This document shows positions 52,772 to 61,788 of a stretch of DNA of 61,788 nucleotides, piece by piece. A model generated the notes under the pieces. That model searched no databases. It saw only the letters and a program-made list of their open reading frames with translations, and was not told the origin of the DNA. Made by a program: the position numbers and the translations under genes. Source of the stretch: Desulfuromonadales bacterium (GTDB lineage: Bacteria; Desulfobacterota; Desulfuromonadia; Desulfuromonadales; UBA2197); contig JACUTW010000004.1 of NCBI GenBank assembly GCA_014859605.1, forward strand, positions 1-61,788, written 5' to 3'. How positions within the stretch are numbered: position 1 is the stretch's first letter; every line of letters starts with the position of its first letter.

Positions 52772-54622
52772 ATGAGTAACGCATTTACCAAGAACGAAGC
52801 ATTGCTGAACTGGGTCGCCGAGGTTGCAGGGCTTTGTGAACCAGAACGGATTCACTGGTGCGATGGTTCTCAGGATGAGTACGATGCCATGTGCGCGCAA
52901 CTGGTCAAGAGCGGCACCTTTATCAAGCTGAACGAGCAAAAGCGCCCCAATAGTTACCTCGCCTGCTCTGATCCGAATGATGTCGCACGCGTTGAAGATC
53001 GCACCTTTATCTGTAGTCTCTCCAAACAGGATGCCGGGCCGACCAATAACTGGCTCCACCCCAAAGAGATGAAGGAGATTCTGGCCAAACTTTTTAAAGG
53101 CTGTATGCAGGGCCGGACCATGTATGTCATCCCCTTCAGCATGGGACCTCTCGGATCGCCAATCGCCAAGATCGGCATCGAAATTACCGATTCACCCTAT
53201 GTTGCCGTTAATATGAAGATCATGACCCGCATGGGCAAAGCGGTTCTCGACGTTCTCGGGGATGATGGCGAATTCGTCCCCTGCCTGCATTCAGTCGGCG
53301 CACCCCTTGCCCCAGGTCAAAAGGATGTCCCTTGGCCCTGCAACAAAGAGAAATACATCGTCCATTTCCCCGAAGAGCGCTCGATCTGGTCCTACGGCAG
53401 CGGCTACGGCGGCAATGCACTTCTCGGCAAGAAGTGTTTGGCGCTGCGCATCGCTTCCAAGTTGGCCAAAGACGAAGGGTGGTTGGCCGAGCACATGCTC
53501 ATCCTCGGCATCGAATCACCACAAGGGGAGAAGACCTACCTCGGCGCCGCCTTCCCCAGTGCTTGTGGCAAGACAAACCTGTCGATGCTCGTCCCGCCAG
53601 AGGCCTTCAACAAAACCGGCTGGAAGATCACGACCGTCGGGGACGATATCGCCTGGATCAAACCCGGCCCGGATGGCCGTCTCTACGCCATCAACCCTGA
53701 AGCTGGTTTCTTTGGCGTCGCCCCTGGCACCTCGGTCAAGACCAACCCCAATGCCATGGCTTCCTGTGCCAGCAATACCATCTTTACCAATGTCGCCCTG
53801 ACCCCGGATGGCGACATCTGGTGGGAAGGAATGACCGACGAAGCTCCGGCCGAACTCACCGACTGGCAAGGGAATCCCTGGACCCGCGGTTGCGGCCGTA
53901 ATGCCGCTCACCCCAACTCCCGCTTCACCTCTCCGGCCAGCCAGTGCCCCTCCATCGACGCCGACTGGGAGAATCCCAAGGGCGTACCGATGGCCGCTTT
54001 TGTCTTTGGTGGCCGTCGCAACAATGTCGTCCCCCTCGTTTACCAATCGTTCAACTGGAGCTTCGGCGTCTATCTCGCCGCCACCATGGGGTCGGAGACA
54101 ACTGCAGCCGCAGTTGGCGCGGTCGGCAATGTCCGCCGCGATCCCTTTGCCATGCTCCCCTTCTGCGGTTATCACATGGCCGACTACTTCGGCCACTGGC
54201 TGCAGGTCGGACGCACCACCCCGCAACCCCCGGGCATATTCAGCGTCAACTGGTTCCGGAAAGATGCCGAAGGTAAATTCCTCTGGCCTGGCTTTGGCGA
54301 TAATATGCGGGTACTGAAATGGATTGTTGACCGGGTGAACGGCAAGGCCGGTGCGGTTGAAAGCCCCCTCGGCTGGATGCCGCGCTACGAAGATATCGAC
54401 TGGACGGGACTGGATAGCGTCAGCCGCGAAGAGTTCTATGACCTGATGTCCGTCGACCGAGATCTTTGGAAAGATGAACTGGTCTCTCACGAAGATCTCT
54501 TCGTTAAAATGTACGACCGTTTGCCCAAAGAATTCTTGCACATGCGCCAACTGATCCTGTCCGGATTGTGGCGTTCGCCGGAGCACTGGGAACAGACCGA
54601 CCCTAATATCATCACTGACTGA
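52772..54622 (+). CDS. pckG: phosphoenolpyruvate carboxykinase (GTP)
   Basis: [24 protein letters not shown] and [15 protein letters not shown] (kinase-1a P-loop) are typical GTP-PEPCK motifs, and the 616-aa length fits. The start was moved to Met25 of the track ORF. Confidence 0.93.
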   Translation: MSNAFTKNEALLNWVAEVAGLCEPERIHWCDGSQDEYDAMCAQLVKSGTFIKLNEQKRPNSYLACSDPNDVARVEDRTFICSLSKQDAGPTNNWLHPKEMKEILAKLFKGCMQGRTMYVIPFSMGPLGSPIAKIGIEITDSPYVAVNMKIMTRMGKAVLDVLGDDGEFVPCLHSVGAPLAPGQKDVPWPCNKEKYIVHFPEERSIWSYGSGYGGNALLGKKCLALRIASKLAKDEGWLAEHMLILGIESPQGEKTYLGAAFPSACGKTNLSMLVPPEAFNKTGWKITTVGDDIAWIKPGPDGRLYAINPEAGFFGVAPGTSVKTNPNAMASCASNTIFTNVALTPDGDIWWEGMTDEAPAELTDWQGNPWTRGCGRNAAHPNSRFTSPASQCPSIDADWENPKGVPMAAFVFGGRRNNVVPLVYQSFNWSFGVYLAATMGSETTAAAVGAVGNVRRDPFAMLPFCGYHMADYFGHWLQVGRTTPQPPGIFSVNWFRKDAEGKFLWPGFGDNMRVLKWIVDRVNGKAGAVESPLGWMPRYEDIDWTGLDSVSREEFYDLMSVDRDLWKDELVSHEDLFVKMYDRLPKEFLHMRQLILSGLWRSPEHWEQTDPNIITD

Positions 54623-54647
54623 TTAAATTTCCCAGTCAAAGGCCAGT

Positions 54648-54688
54648 AAAAAAGCCGGACGATGCAACTCTGCATCGTCCGGCTTTTT
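54648..54688. terminator. bidirectional rho-independent terminator (pckG / htrA)
   Basis: AAAAAA-GCCGGACGATGCA-ACTC-TGCATCGTCCGGC-TTTTT: a 13-bp perfect stem. Confidence 0.85.
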
Positions 54689-54716
54689 CATCAATTCCTC
54701 CCTTGGTTACTTTTTG

Positions 54717-56120
54717 TCACTCCAGTTTTAGCGCAATATAAAGAAGACTGTCACTACGCCGCACGAGAAGGCGTACAAAGCTCCCTTTTTTGTGTGCAGC
54801 AATAGCTTTTTTATAATCTTCGAGTGTAGAAATCTTGTGGCCGTTGATCTCTTTAACGATATCGTTGAGAAGGATCCCCGCCTCAACAGCAAGGCCATCA
54901 TTATCCAACGCTGTGACCACAACGCCGGAAGTCTCTGCGCTGCGCAGTTGTCTTGCCAACTCATCGCTCAACTCCTGAACCTTCATCCCTAGGGGCGCAG
55001 CGGCATCGTCGACTATCGTACCGTTGTCGCCATCCTTGAGGCGATCAATCGCAACCGTCGTTTCCGCTTCTTTCCCCTCACGCAAATAGGTCAATTTAAC
55101 TTTTTTACTGATTGGCGTCATCGCGACCAGGCGCGGCAGATCGTTCATCTCCTGAATCTTCTTACCATCAAAAATGCGGATGATATCGCCGGCCTTGAGG
55201 CCAGACTTTTCGGCCGGGCTCCCGGTCACGACCTCACTGACCAGTGCCCCTTTTTCATCCTCCAGACCGAAAGACTTGGCGAGATTCGGAGTCACCGGTT
55301 GAATCATCACCCCCAGCCAACCCCGCGTCACCTTCCCCTCCTCTTTCAGTTGCTCGATGATCGACTTGGCCATATTGACGGGAATGGCAAAACCGATCCC
55401 CTGCCCGCCGGCAATAATCGCCGAATTGATCCCGACCACCTCCCCTTTGCTATTAAAAAGGGGGCCGCCGGAATTCCCCGGATTGATCGATGCGTCGGTC
55501 TGGATAAAATCATCATAGGGTCCGCTGCCGATCACCCGCCCCTTGGCGGAGACGATTCCGGCGGTCACCGTCTCCGCCAATCCAAAGGGATTGCCAATCG
55601 CCAGAACCCATTCGCCGACCTCAATGGCATCGCTGTCGCCGAGCCGAACCGCCGGCAAGGATGTCTTACTCTCGATCTTGAGCAGCGCGAGATCAAGCTT
55701 TTCGTCGCTCCCCTTTACCGCCGCCTTGAATTCACGGCCATCAGAAAGTTTAACACTGACCTCATCCGCATTCGCCACCACATGATAGTTGGTGAGGATA
55801 TAGCCGTCACTGCTAATGATGAACCCTGAGCCGAGGCTCCTTTTTTTCATCCCTCTTTGTTGCCGGGGTTCCTCGAAAAAACGCCCGAAAAATTCATCGA
55901 AGGGACTCGGACCAAAGGGGCTTTGCATAAAAGGGGAAGGCGGCAACCGCGGCGTTTTGATCCGGGTTGTGGTGCCGATATTGACGACGGCCGGTTTCAG
56001 CTCTTTGACCAACGGAACAAAGTCAGGAAGCAGGGCACTTGCCAGTACCGGACTCGCAAAAAAAAGCAGGAGTCCCAGAAGCATCCAGAAGGGGAAAGAT
56101 CGCGCAGAAAGGGTTCGCAT
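54717..56120 (-). CDS. htrA: periplasmic serine endoprotease DegP/HtrA family with two PDZ domains
   Basis: Signal peptide. Catalytic triad context: TNYHVV (His), DLALLKI (Asp), GNSGGPLF (Ser). Two PDZ-like repeats follow in the C-terminal half. Confidence 0.92.
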   Translation of the reverse strand: MRTLSARSFPFWMLLGLLLFFASPVLASALLPDFVPLVKELKPAVVNIGTTTRIKTPRLPPSPFMQSPFGPSPFDEFFGRFFEEPRQQRGMKKRSLGSGFIISSDGYILTNYHVVANADEVSVKLSDGREFKAAVKGSDEKLDLALLKIESKTSLPAVRLGDSDAIEVGEWVLAIGNPFGLAETVTAGIVSAKGRVIGSGPYDDFIQTDASINPGNSGGPLFNSKGEVVGINSAIIAGGQGIGFAIPVNMAKSIIEQLKEEGKVTRGWLGVMIQPVTPNLAKSFGLEDEKGALVSEVVTGSPAEKSGLKAGDIIRIFDGKKIQEMNDLPRLVAMTPISKKVKLTYLREGKEAETTVAIDRLKDGDNGTIVDDAAAPLGMKVQELSDELARQLRSAETSGVVVTALDNDGLAVEAGILLNDIVKEINGHKISTLEDYKKAIAAHKKGSFVRLLVRRSDSLLYIALKLE

Positions 56121-56364
56121 CGAAAAACCTCCGCAAAATTTTTTTGGAAAAGGTAAGAACGCTACCAGCGTTTGTCAAGAGGGTCGCAACGCTGAAAGGG
56201 GTAAAACCCTCCTGTTCGGTCGCGGTCGGCAAACAACACCCCCTCTCCACTCCTAAAAAATCTCCATCTGAGCGGTTTCTTTCTGTCAGAACAATGTCAT
56301 AACTATAAGCTATGAACAGCGACGGTCAACGCATGGTGCGCTAAAAACTTTAAAGGATTTGCAC

Positions 56365-56393
56365 TTGACAACCTCAAATTTATAAATAACAAT
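56365..56393 (+). promoter_or_regulatory. sigma70-type promoter candidate for the hydrogenase operon
   Basis: TTGACA - 17 bp - AACAAT inside an AT-rich region, about 100 nt upstream of the small-subunit ATG. Confidence 0.3.
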
Positions 56394-56494
56394 GTTATAA
56401 AATTACAAAGCAGCTGTCATAAAATTTACTAATTACAGAATTTTACGGGCACTTCTCGGGATAAAACCGTTACCACCCGAATCAGGAGGCACTA

Positions 56495-57616
56495 ATGAAA
56501 AATGATTTGGATCCGATGAATGCAGGAGAGATTCCTGAAGAGATTCTTCGTAAATGGGAAGCCAAAGGGATCAGTCGCCGCGACTTCATCAAGTTCTGCA
56601 CGACCATGACCGCCACACTCGCACTGCCTTTGACCTTTGTCCCCCAGGTCGCCGCGGCTCTGGAGGACAAACGGCTGCCGGTGATCTGGGTGGAATACCA
56701 AAGCTGCAGTGGTGATTCCGAAGCCTTTCTGCGTGCCAACCAACCGACCGCGGCCGAAATTATTCTCGACATCATCTCCCTCGAATATGCCGAAGTGATT
56801 ATGGCGGCCGCCGGCCACCAGGCGGAAAAATCGAAGTGGGTTGCGATGGAGAAGTACAAAGGACAGTATCTGCTGATCGTCGAAGGGGCGATTCCGACCG
56901 GCGAGAACGGCGCTTACTGCACGATTGGCGGTGAAAGCGCTGTGGAGAGTGCGAAGAAGCTCATCAAAAACGCCGCGGCAACGATCACCGTCGGCACCTG
57001 TGCCTCCTTCGGCGGCCTCCCGGCCGCGGCGCCGAACCCGACGACAGCGGTCGGTGTCCGCGATCTGGTACCGGGGGCGACCATCGTCAACCTCCCCGGC
57101 TGTCCGGTCAATGCCGACAATCTCACCGCTACCCTCGTCCACTTCCTCACCTTCGGCAAACTGCCGGCGGTCGATGTGCTCGGCCGGCCGAAGTTTGCTT
57201 ATGGCAAACGGATTCACGACAACTGCGAGCGCCGCGCCCACTTCGATGCAGGCCAGTATGCCGAAAGCTTTGACGATGCCGGCCACCGGCAGGGGCACTG
57301 CCTCTACAAGCTCGGCTGCAAAGGGCCGGAGGCTTTCCACAACTGCCCGACGATTCGCTATAACGAAGGATTGAGCTGGCCGGTGATGGCCGGACACGGC
57401 TGCATCGGCTGCGCCAGCCCCGGTTTCTGGGACACCATGAGCCCCTTCTACCGCCGCCTGCCGCAAGTCCCCGGTTTCGGGGTCGAGGCGACTGCTGACA
57501 AGATCGGTCTCGGTCTGGTCGGTGCGACCGCCGCCGCCTTTGCCGTGCACGGCGTCGCCAGTGCCTTCCGTAAAGGGGATGCCATGGAATCTGATAAAGT
57601 GAAGAAGGAGGAATAA
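56495..57616 (+). CDS. [NiFe] hydrogenase small subunit (group 1, Tat-exported, C-terminal membrane anchor)
   Basis: AGGAGG RBS. Twin-arginine signal ISRRDFIKFCTT. Fe-S Cys motifs (YQSCSGDSEA, GTCASFGG, GCPVN, HDNCERR, CLYKLGCKGP, CIGC). The hydrophobic tail is LGLVGATAAAFAVHGVA. Confidence 0.95.
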   Translation: MKNDLDPMNAGEIPEEILRKWEAKGISRRDFIKFCTTMTATLALPLTFVPQVAAALEDKRLPVIWVEYQSCSGDSEAFLRANQPTAAEIILDIISLEYAEVIMAAAGHQAEKSKWVAMEKYKGQYLLIVEGAIPTGENGAYCTIGGESAVESAKKLIKNAAATITVGTCASFGGLPAAAPNPTTAVGVRDLVPGATIVNLPGCPVNADNLTATLVHFLTFGKLPAVDVLGRPKFAYGKRIHDNCERRAHFDAGQYAESFDDAGHRQGHCLYKLGCKGPEAFHNCPTIRYNEGLSWPVMAGHGCIGCASPGFWDTMSPFYRRLPQVPGFGVEATADKIGLGLVGATAAAFAVHGVASAFRKGDAMESDKVKKEE

Positions 57617-57619
57617 GTT

Positions 57620-59332
57620 ATGGCGAAGCGAATTGCTGTCGATCCGATTACCCGCATAGAAGGGCATCTGCGCATCGAAGCTCAGATCGAAGGGGGGAAG
57701 ATTGTCAACGCCTGGAGTTCCTCCACCGCCTTTCGCGGCATCGAGACGATCCTCAAAGGGCGTGACCCCCGCGACGCCCACCACTTTACCCAGCGCTTCT
57801 GCGGCGTCTGTACCACCGTCCATTCGATGGCGAGTATCCGCGCCGTTGAGGATGCATTAAAGATCCAGATTCCCGATAATGCCCGCCTCATCCGCAATCT
57901 GATCATGGGAATCCAGAACGTTCAGGATCATGTCATCCACTTTTATCATCTCCATGCCCTCGACTGGGTCGATATCGTCAGCGCCCTGGCGGCCGATCCA
58001 GCCAAGACCGCGCAACTGGCGCAGTCGATCTCCGATTGGCCGAAATCGAGTACCACTTACTTCAAAGGCGTGCAGGAGAAGATTCAGGCTTTCGTCAATA
58101 CCGGCCGGCTCGGCCCCTTCCAGAACGGCTACTGGGGACACAGTGCCTATAAACTGCCAGCGGAAGCGAATCTCATGGCGGTCGCCCACTATCTCGAAGC
58201 CCTGGAATGGCAAAAGGACGTTATCAAGATTCACGCCATCCTCGGCTCGAAGAATCCTCATCCCCAGACTTTTCTCGTCGGCGGCATGTCGATCCCCGTC
58301 GATCCCGACAGCCAGAATGCAATCAACGCCGACAAGATCGCCCATATCGGTAAACTCCTCAAGCAGGCGCGCACCTTTGTCGAGCAGGTCTACATCCCCG
58401 ACCTCCTCGCCGTTGCTTCCTTCTACAAGGATTGGGCTGCCATCGGCGGCGGGGTCGGCAATTATCTCAGCTACGGCGACTTCCCCATGGATAACTCCGG
58501 CAGCGCCAGCAGCCTGTACTTTCCACAAGGAATCATCCTTGCCAAAGATCTCGCCAATCTCCTCCCCGTTGAGGAAAAGAAGATCAGCGAATATGTGACC
58601 AACTCCTGGTATACCTACGCCGCTGGCGACAAACAGGGGCTGCACCCCTACGACGGCGAAACCACCCCCAAATACACCGGGCCGAAGCCGCCTTACGAAT
58701 TCCTCAACACCGATGAGAAGTATTCCTGGGTCAAATCGCCCCGCTACAACGATCAACCGATGGAGGTCGGACCGCTGGCGCGGGTCCTCGTCGCCTATGT
58801 CGGCGGCAACCCGGATGTCAAAGGGGCAGTCGATTTCGTCCTTTCTAAACTTGGAGTTGGCGCCGGCGCCCTCTTCTCGACCCTCGGCCGTACTGCCGCC
58901 CGCGGCATCGATTGCCTGGTCCTGGCGCAGAAGAATGAAGTCTGGCTGCAGCAACTCGCCGACAACATGGGGCGCGGCATTTTTGAAACCTTTAACAAAG
59001 AGAAGTGGGATCCCTCGACCTGGCCGAAAGAGGCGCAGGGGTACGGTTTCCACGAAGCGCCACGCGGCGCTCTCGGCCATTGGATTCGCATCAAAAATGG
59101 CGCCATTGCCAACTACCAGACGGTCGTCCCTTCGACCTGGAACGCCGGCCCCCGCGATCCGCTCGGGCAACTCGGGCCCTATGAATCCGCCCTGATCGGT
59201 ACGCCGATAGCGGATGAAAAGAACCCTCTGGAGATCCTGCGGACCATCCACTCCTTTGACCCCTGCCTCGCCTGTGCTGTCCACGTTTTCGACGGCAAAG
59301 GAACCGAGATCGTGCGGATCAAGGCGCTGTAA
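57620..59332 (+). CDS. [NiFe] hydrogenase large subunit
   Basis: N-terminal RIEGHLRIE and the RFCGVCTTVH (L1/L2) motifs, plus C-terminal DPCLACAVH. Ni-ligand Cys is present, with no in-frame TGA. Confidence 0.96.
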   Translation: MAKRIAVDPITRIEGHLRIEAQIEGGKIVNAWSSSTAFRGIETILKGRDPRDAHHFTQRFCGVCTTVHSMASIRAVEDALKIQIPDNARLIRNLIMGIQNVQDHVIHFYHLHALDWVDIVSALAADPAKTAQLAQSISDWPKSSTTYFKGVQEKIQAFVNTGRLGPFQNGYWGHSAYKLPAEANLMAVAHYLEALEWQKDVIKIHAILGSKNPHPQTFLVGGMSIPVDPDSQNAINADKIAHIGKLLKQARTFVEQVYIPDLLAVASFYKDWAAIGGGVGNYLSYGDFPMDNSGSASSLYFPQGIILAKDLANLLPVEEKKISEYVTNSWYTYAAGDKQGLHPYDGETTPKYTGPKPPYEFLNTDEKYSWVKSPRYNDQPMEVGPLARVLVAYVGGNPDVKGAVDFVLSKLGVGAGALFSTLGRTAARGIDCLVLAQKNEVWLQQLADNMGRGIFETFNKEKWDPSTWPKEAQGYGFHEAPRGALGHWIRIKNGAIANYQTVVPSTWNAGPRDPLGQLGPYESALIGTPIADEKNPLEILRTIHSFDPCLACAVHVFDGKGTEIVRIKAL

Positions 59333-59350
59333 AGGGAAGGAGTTAATGCC

Positions 59351-60004
59351 ATGCTTGAAATTCGCTACGTTTGGGAAATCCCGGTCCGGGTCACCCACTG
59401 GATCAATGCCCTGGCGATCGTTGTCCTGTCGATCACCGGCCTCTTTATCGGCTTCCCCTACCTGATCGCCGGTGTCGACGGCGGCTTTGTCATGGGCTGG
59501 ATCCGCTTCATCCACTTTGTCGCCGCCTACGTCCTCACCGCTTCGATGCTGGCGCGCATCTACTGGATGTTCGCCGGCAATCATCATGCTTCCTGGCGCG
59601 CCTTCCTCCCCTGGAGAACCGCAGAGGGACGCCGCAACTTCATCAAGATGCTGCGTTACTACACCTTTACCGGCAAACAGATCTCCTACGAAGTCGGTCA
59701 TAATCCCGTTGCCGCCGTCGCTTATGCCGGCATCTTCGTTCTGCTTATCATCCAGATCGTCGGTGGTTTCGCCCTCTACGCCCAATATAATCCAGGCGGA
59801 ATGATGGCGGCATCGACAGCGTGGATCCTCACCTTGATCGACAGCCAGTGGCTGCGCCTCATCCATCACGCGATCATGTGGCTCCTCGCCGGCTTCTTCA
59901 TCAACCATGTTTACAGCGCCGCCCTCATGGATATCAAGGAACGAAACGGCACTTTGAGTAGCATCTTCAGCGGCTACCGTTACATCGAACCGAAGGATCT
60001 TTGA
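59351..60004 (+). CDS. Ni/Fe-hydrogenase b-type cytochrome subunit
   Basis: 217 aa with four hydrophobic helices. VRVTHWINALAIVVL and IRFIHFVAAYV provide His ligands typical of HyaC/CybH. Confidence 0.9.
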   Translation: MLEIRYVWEIPVRVTHWINALAIVVLSITGLFIGFPYLIAGVDGGFVMGWIRFIHFVAAYVLTASMLARIYWMFAGNHHASWRAFLPWRTAEGRRNFIKMLRYYTFTGKQISYEVGHNPVAAVAYAGIFVLLIIQIVGGFALYAQYNPGGMMAASTAWILTLIDSQWLRLIHHAIMWLLAGFFINHVYSAALMDIKERNGTLSSIFSGYRYIEPKDL

Positions 60005-60471
60005 TGGCAATTCTCGTTCTGGGAATCGGTAACTCGCTGATGAATGACGACGCCCTCGGTGTCACTGCCATCGAAGCATTGCAAGCCCGCTACACCTTCC
60101 CGGCCGGGGTCAGCGTCGTCGATGGCGGCACCCTCGGACTCGACCTTCTGCCGATGCTCGAAGGAGTCAAAAAACTCCTGATCATCGACGCCATCGACAT
60201 GGGCGCGGCCCCCGGCGCGCTCTTTCGCCTTGAAGGCGAAGAGGTACCGCGCGCCTTTGCCAGCAAACTCTCCGTCCATCAAATGGGGGTGCAGGATCTC
60301 CTCGCCGTAGCAGAGTTGCAAGGACATGTGCCGGAGGAATTGGTGGTCTGGGGGATACAGCCAGGATCGATCGAGATGGAGATGCGTTTGACCCCAGCGG
60401 TCGCAGCGGCGATGATGCCGTTGCTGGATGGCGTGGTCGGGGAGTTGGCGGGGTGGGGGGTGGAGTTGTAA
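60004..60471 (+). CDS. hydrogenase maturation endopeptidase (HyaD/HybD family)
   Basis: ILVLGIGNSLMNDDALG and LLIIDAI motifs. The ATG overlaps the preceding TGA. Confidence 0.9.
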   Translation: MAILVLGIGNSLMNDDALGVTAIEALQARYTFPAGVSVVDGGTLGLDLLPMLEGVKKLLIIDAIDMGAAPGALFRLEGEEVPRAFASKLSVHQMGVQDLLAVAELQGHVPEELVVWGIQPGSIEMEMRLTPAVAAAMMPLLDGVVGELAGWGVEL

Positions 60472-60507
60472 AAACTGCCGGACAAAATGCTTCTTAAATT
60501 CATTTCT

Positions 60508-60552
60508 AAAAAATACCGCCGCCTGGCAACTGCCGGAGCGGCGGTATTTTTT
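60508..60552. terminator. bidirectional rho-independent terminator (hydrogenase operon / trmFO)
   Basis: AAAAAATACCGCCGC...GCGGCGGTATTTTTT with an inner GGCA/TGCC extension. Confidence 0.8.
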
Positions 60553-60558
60553 CTGCAA

Positions 60559-61788
60559 CTATTCCGGGGCCAGCGCCAACCGCCACGGTTCAAGATCGTT
60601 CAGCCCGCGCTCCGCCATCGCCAAACGCCGGTCGGCGCGCTTGCGTCGGCGGTCATCCAAGGGGGGAAAGAGACCGTAATTGACGTTCATCGGCTGAAAA
60701 TCCTTGGCCTCTGATTCCGCGAGATGGACAAGGAGGGCACCGAGGGCGGTGGTGGCCGGCGGCAGCGGTGCTTCCTGACCACGCAGGGCGCGGGCGGCGA
60801 AAAGGCCGGCGAGGAAGCCGCAGCCGGCCGACTCGACGTAGCCTTCTACGCCGGTGATCTGACCGGCAAAGTAAAGACGTGGATCACTCTTGAGTTGCAG
60901 GGTGCGGGTCAAACAGGCCGGGGCATTGAGGAAGGTATTGCGGTGCATACTGCCGAGGCGGGCGAAGCGGGCGTTCTCCAGGCCGGGGAGCATGGCAAAG
61001 ATGCGGCGCTGCTCCGGCCAGGTGAGCTTGGTCTGGAAACCGACGAGATTGAAGAGGGTGGCGTGGCGATCGTCCTGACGGAGTTGCACCACGGCAAAGG
61101 GCTCGTAGCCGGTGCGCGGATCCGGGAGGCCGACCGGCTTCATCGGCCCGAAGGCGAGGGTGAGATCGCCCCGTTCGGCGAGGGTCTCAACTGGAAGACA
61201 GCCTTCAAAATGGATCGCTTTCTCAAAATCACGGGTCGGGACCTTCTCGCCGCTCTTCAGCGCTTCGACAAAAGCAAAATACTCTTCGCGGGACAGCGGA
61301 CAGTTGACGTAGTCATCCCCCCCCTTGCCGTAGCGGGAGGCGCGATAGGCCTTGCTGTAGTCGATGGTGTCGGCTTCGACGATCGGGGCGATGGCATCGT
61401 AGAAGTAGAGATGCTCGCTGCCGGTGCGCTGCGCAATCGCCGCCGAAAGGGCCGCCGAGGTGAGCGGGCCGGAGGCGATGATCACCGTCCCTTCCGCCGG
61501 GATCTCCGTCACTTCGCCGTGGATCAACTCGATGTCGGGATGCGCCTCGATCTTCTCGGTAAGATAGGCGCTGAAGGCATCGCGATCGACGGCAAGGGCG
61601 CCGCCGGCCGGGACGGCACAGGCATCGGCCGCCTGCATGAAGAGGGCATCGCAGCGGCGCAGCTCTTCCTTGAGCAGGCCGACAGCGTTATTCATCCCCG
61701 CCCCGCGCAGCGAATTGGAACAGACGAGCTCGCCGAGTCCCGGCAGCTGGTGCGCCGGCGAGAAGTGCTGCGGCTTCATCTCGCAGAG
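60559..61788 (-). CDS. trmFO: methylenetetrahydrofolate--tRNA-(uracil54-C5)-methyltransferase TrmFO, N-terminus beyond the window
   Basis: [19 protein letters not shown]....[12 protein letters not shown] and [20 protein letters not shown] match TrmFO/Gid. The reading frame is open to the window end. Confidence 0.9.
   Translation of the reverse strand, partial: LCEMKPQHFSPAHQLPGLGELVCSNSLRGAGMNNAVGLLKEELRRCDALFMQAADACAVPAGGALAVDRDAFSAYLTEKIEAHPDIELIHGEVTEIPAEGTVIIASGPLTSAALSAAIAQRTGSEHLYFYDAIAPIVEADTIDYSKAYRASRYGKGGDDYVNCPLSREEYFAFVEALKSGEKVPTRDFEKAIHFEGCLPVETLAERGDLTLAFGPMKPVGLPDPRTGYEPFAVVQLRQDDRHATLFNLVGFQTKLTWPEQRRIFAMLPGLENARFARLGSMHRNTFLNAPACLTRTLQLKSDPRLYFAGQITGVEGYVESAGCGFLAGLFAARALRGQEAPLPPATTALGALLVHLAESEAKDFQPMNVNYGLFPPLDDRRRKRADRRLAMAERGLNDLEPWRLALAPE

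Noticed and set aside
56492-60010. Two very long minus-strand ORFs (443 aa and 717 aa) covering the hydrogenase operon.
   Set aside because: They are antisense to four well-supported hydrogenase genes. They are compositionally biased (Gly/Asp/Arg/Ala), have no recognisable domains, and have no translation signals.

Overview
This is a chromosomal segment from a moderately GC-rich bacterium. I infer a Desulfuromonadales-type deltaproteobacterium from the PpcA-like triheme cytochrome c7, a second multihaem cytochrome and a membrane-bound uptake [NiFe] hydrogenase. The centre of the window (about 15.5-48.6 kb, all on the minus strand) is one uninterrupted translation/transcription superoperon. 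Its order is tRNA-Thr/Tyr/Gly/Thr-tuf, rpmG, tRNA-Trp, secE-nusG-rplKAJL-rpoBC, rpsLG-fusA-tuf, then the S10, spc and alpha operons down to rplQ. This part is ordinary, highly conserved core genome. The left flank (1-15.5 kb) holds a partial initiator tRNA, a hydrolase-fold protein, a large NAD-glutamate dehydrogenase, a membrane-anchored HTH protein, cytochrome c7, Tpx and rpsU. It continues with a THUMP methyltransferase, a DUF815 ATPase, a hexahaem cytochrome, a PilZ-like protein, the clpS-clpA-aat N-degron module, an Nfu-type protein and a MidA-type methyltransferase. The right flank (48.6-61.8 kb) holds an AI-2E-type permease, an unusual 872-aa fusion protein, GTP-PEPCK, HtrA, a four-gene group-1 [NiFe] hydrogenase operon and a partial trmFO. 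I found no CRISPR array, IS or transposase, integrase, or recognisable defence or toxin-antitoxin genes. The items most worth a second look are these. First, the fusion protein combining a cNMP-binding domain, a degenerate sigma54-type AAA+ domain and a NapH-like polyferredoxin membrane domain. Second, a CxCx4Cx2C cysteine cluster inserted in the G domain of both EF-Tu copies, which appear nucleotide-identical. Third, an XRE-HTH membrane protein with an extracytoplasmic EF-hand-like loop, divergent from cytochrome c7 across a 30-bp palindrome. Many longest-ORF calls in the supplied track are over-extended at the N-terminus; I corrected starts wherever a Shine-Dalgarno sequence and family N-termini allowed, and five of these are TTG starts.
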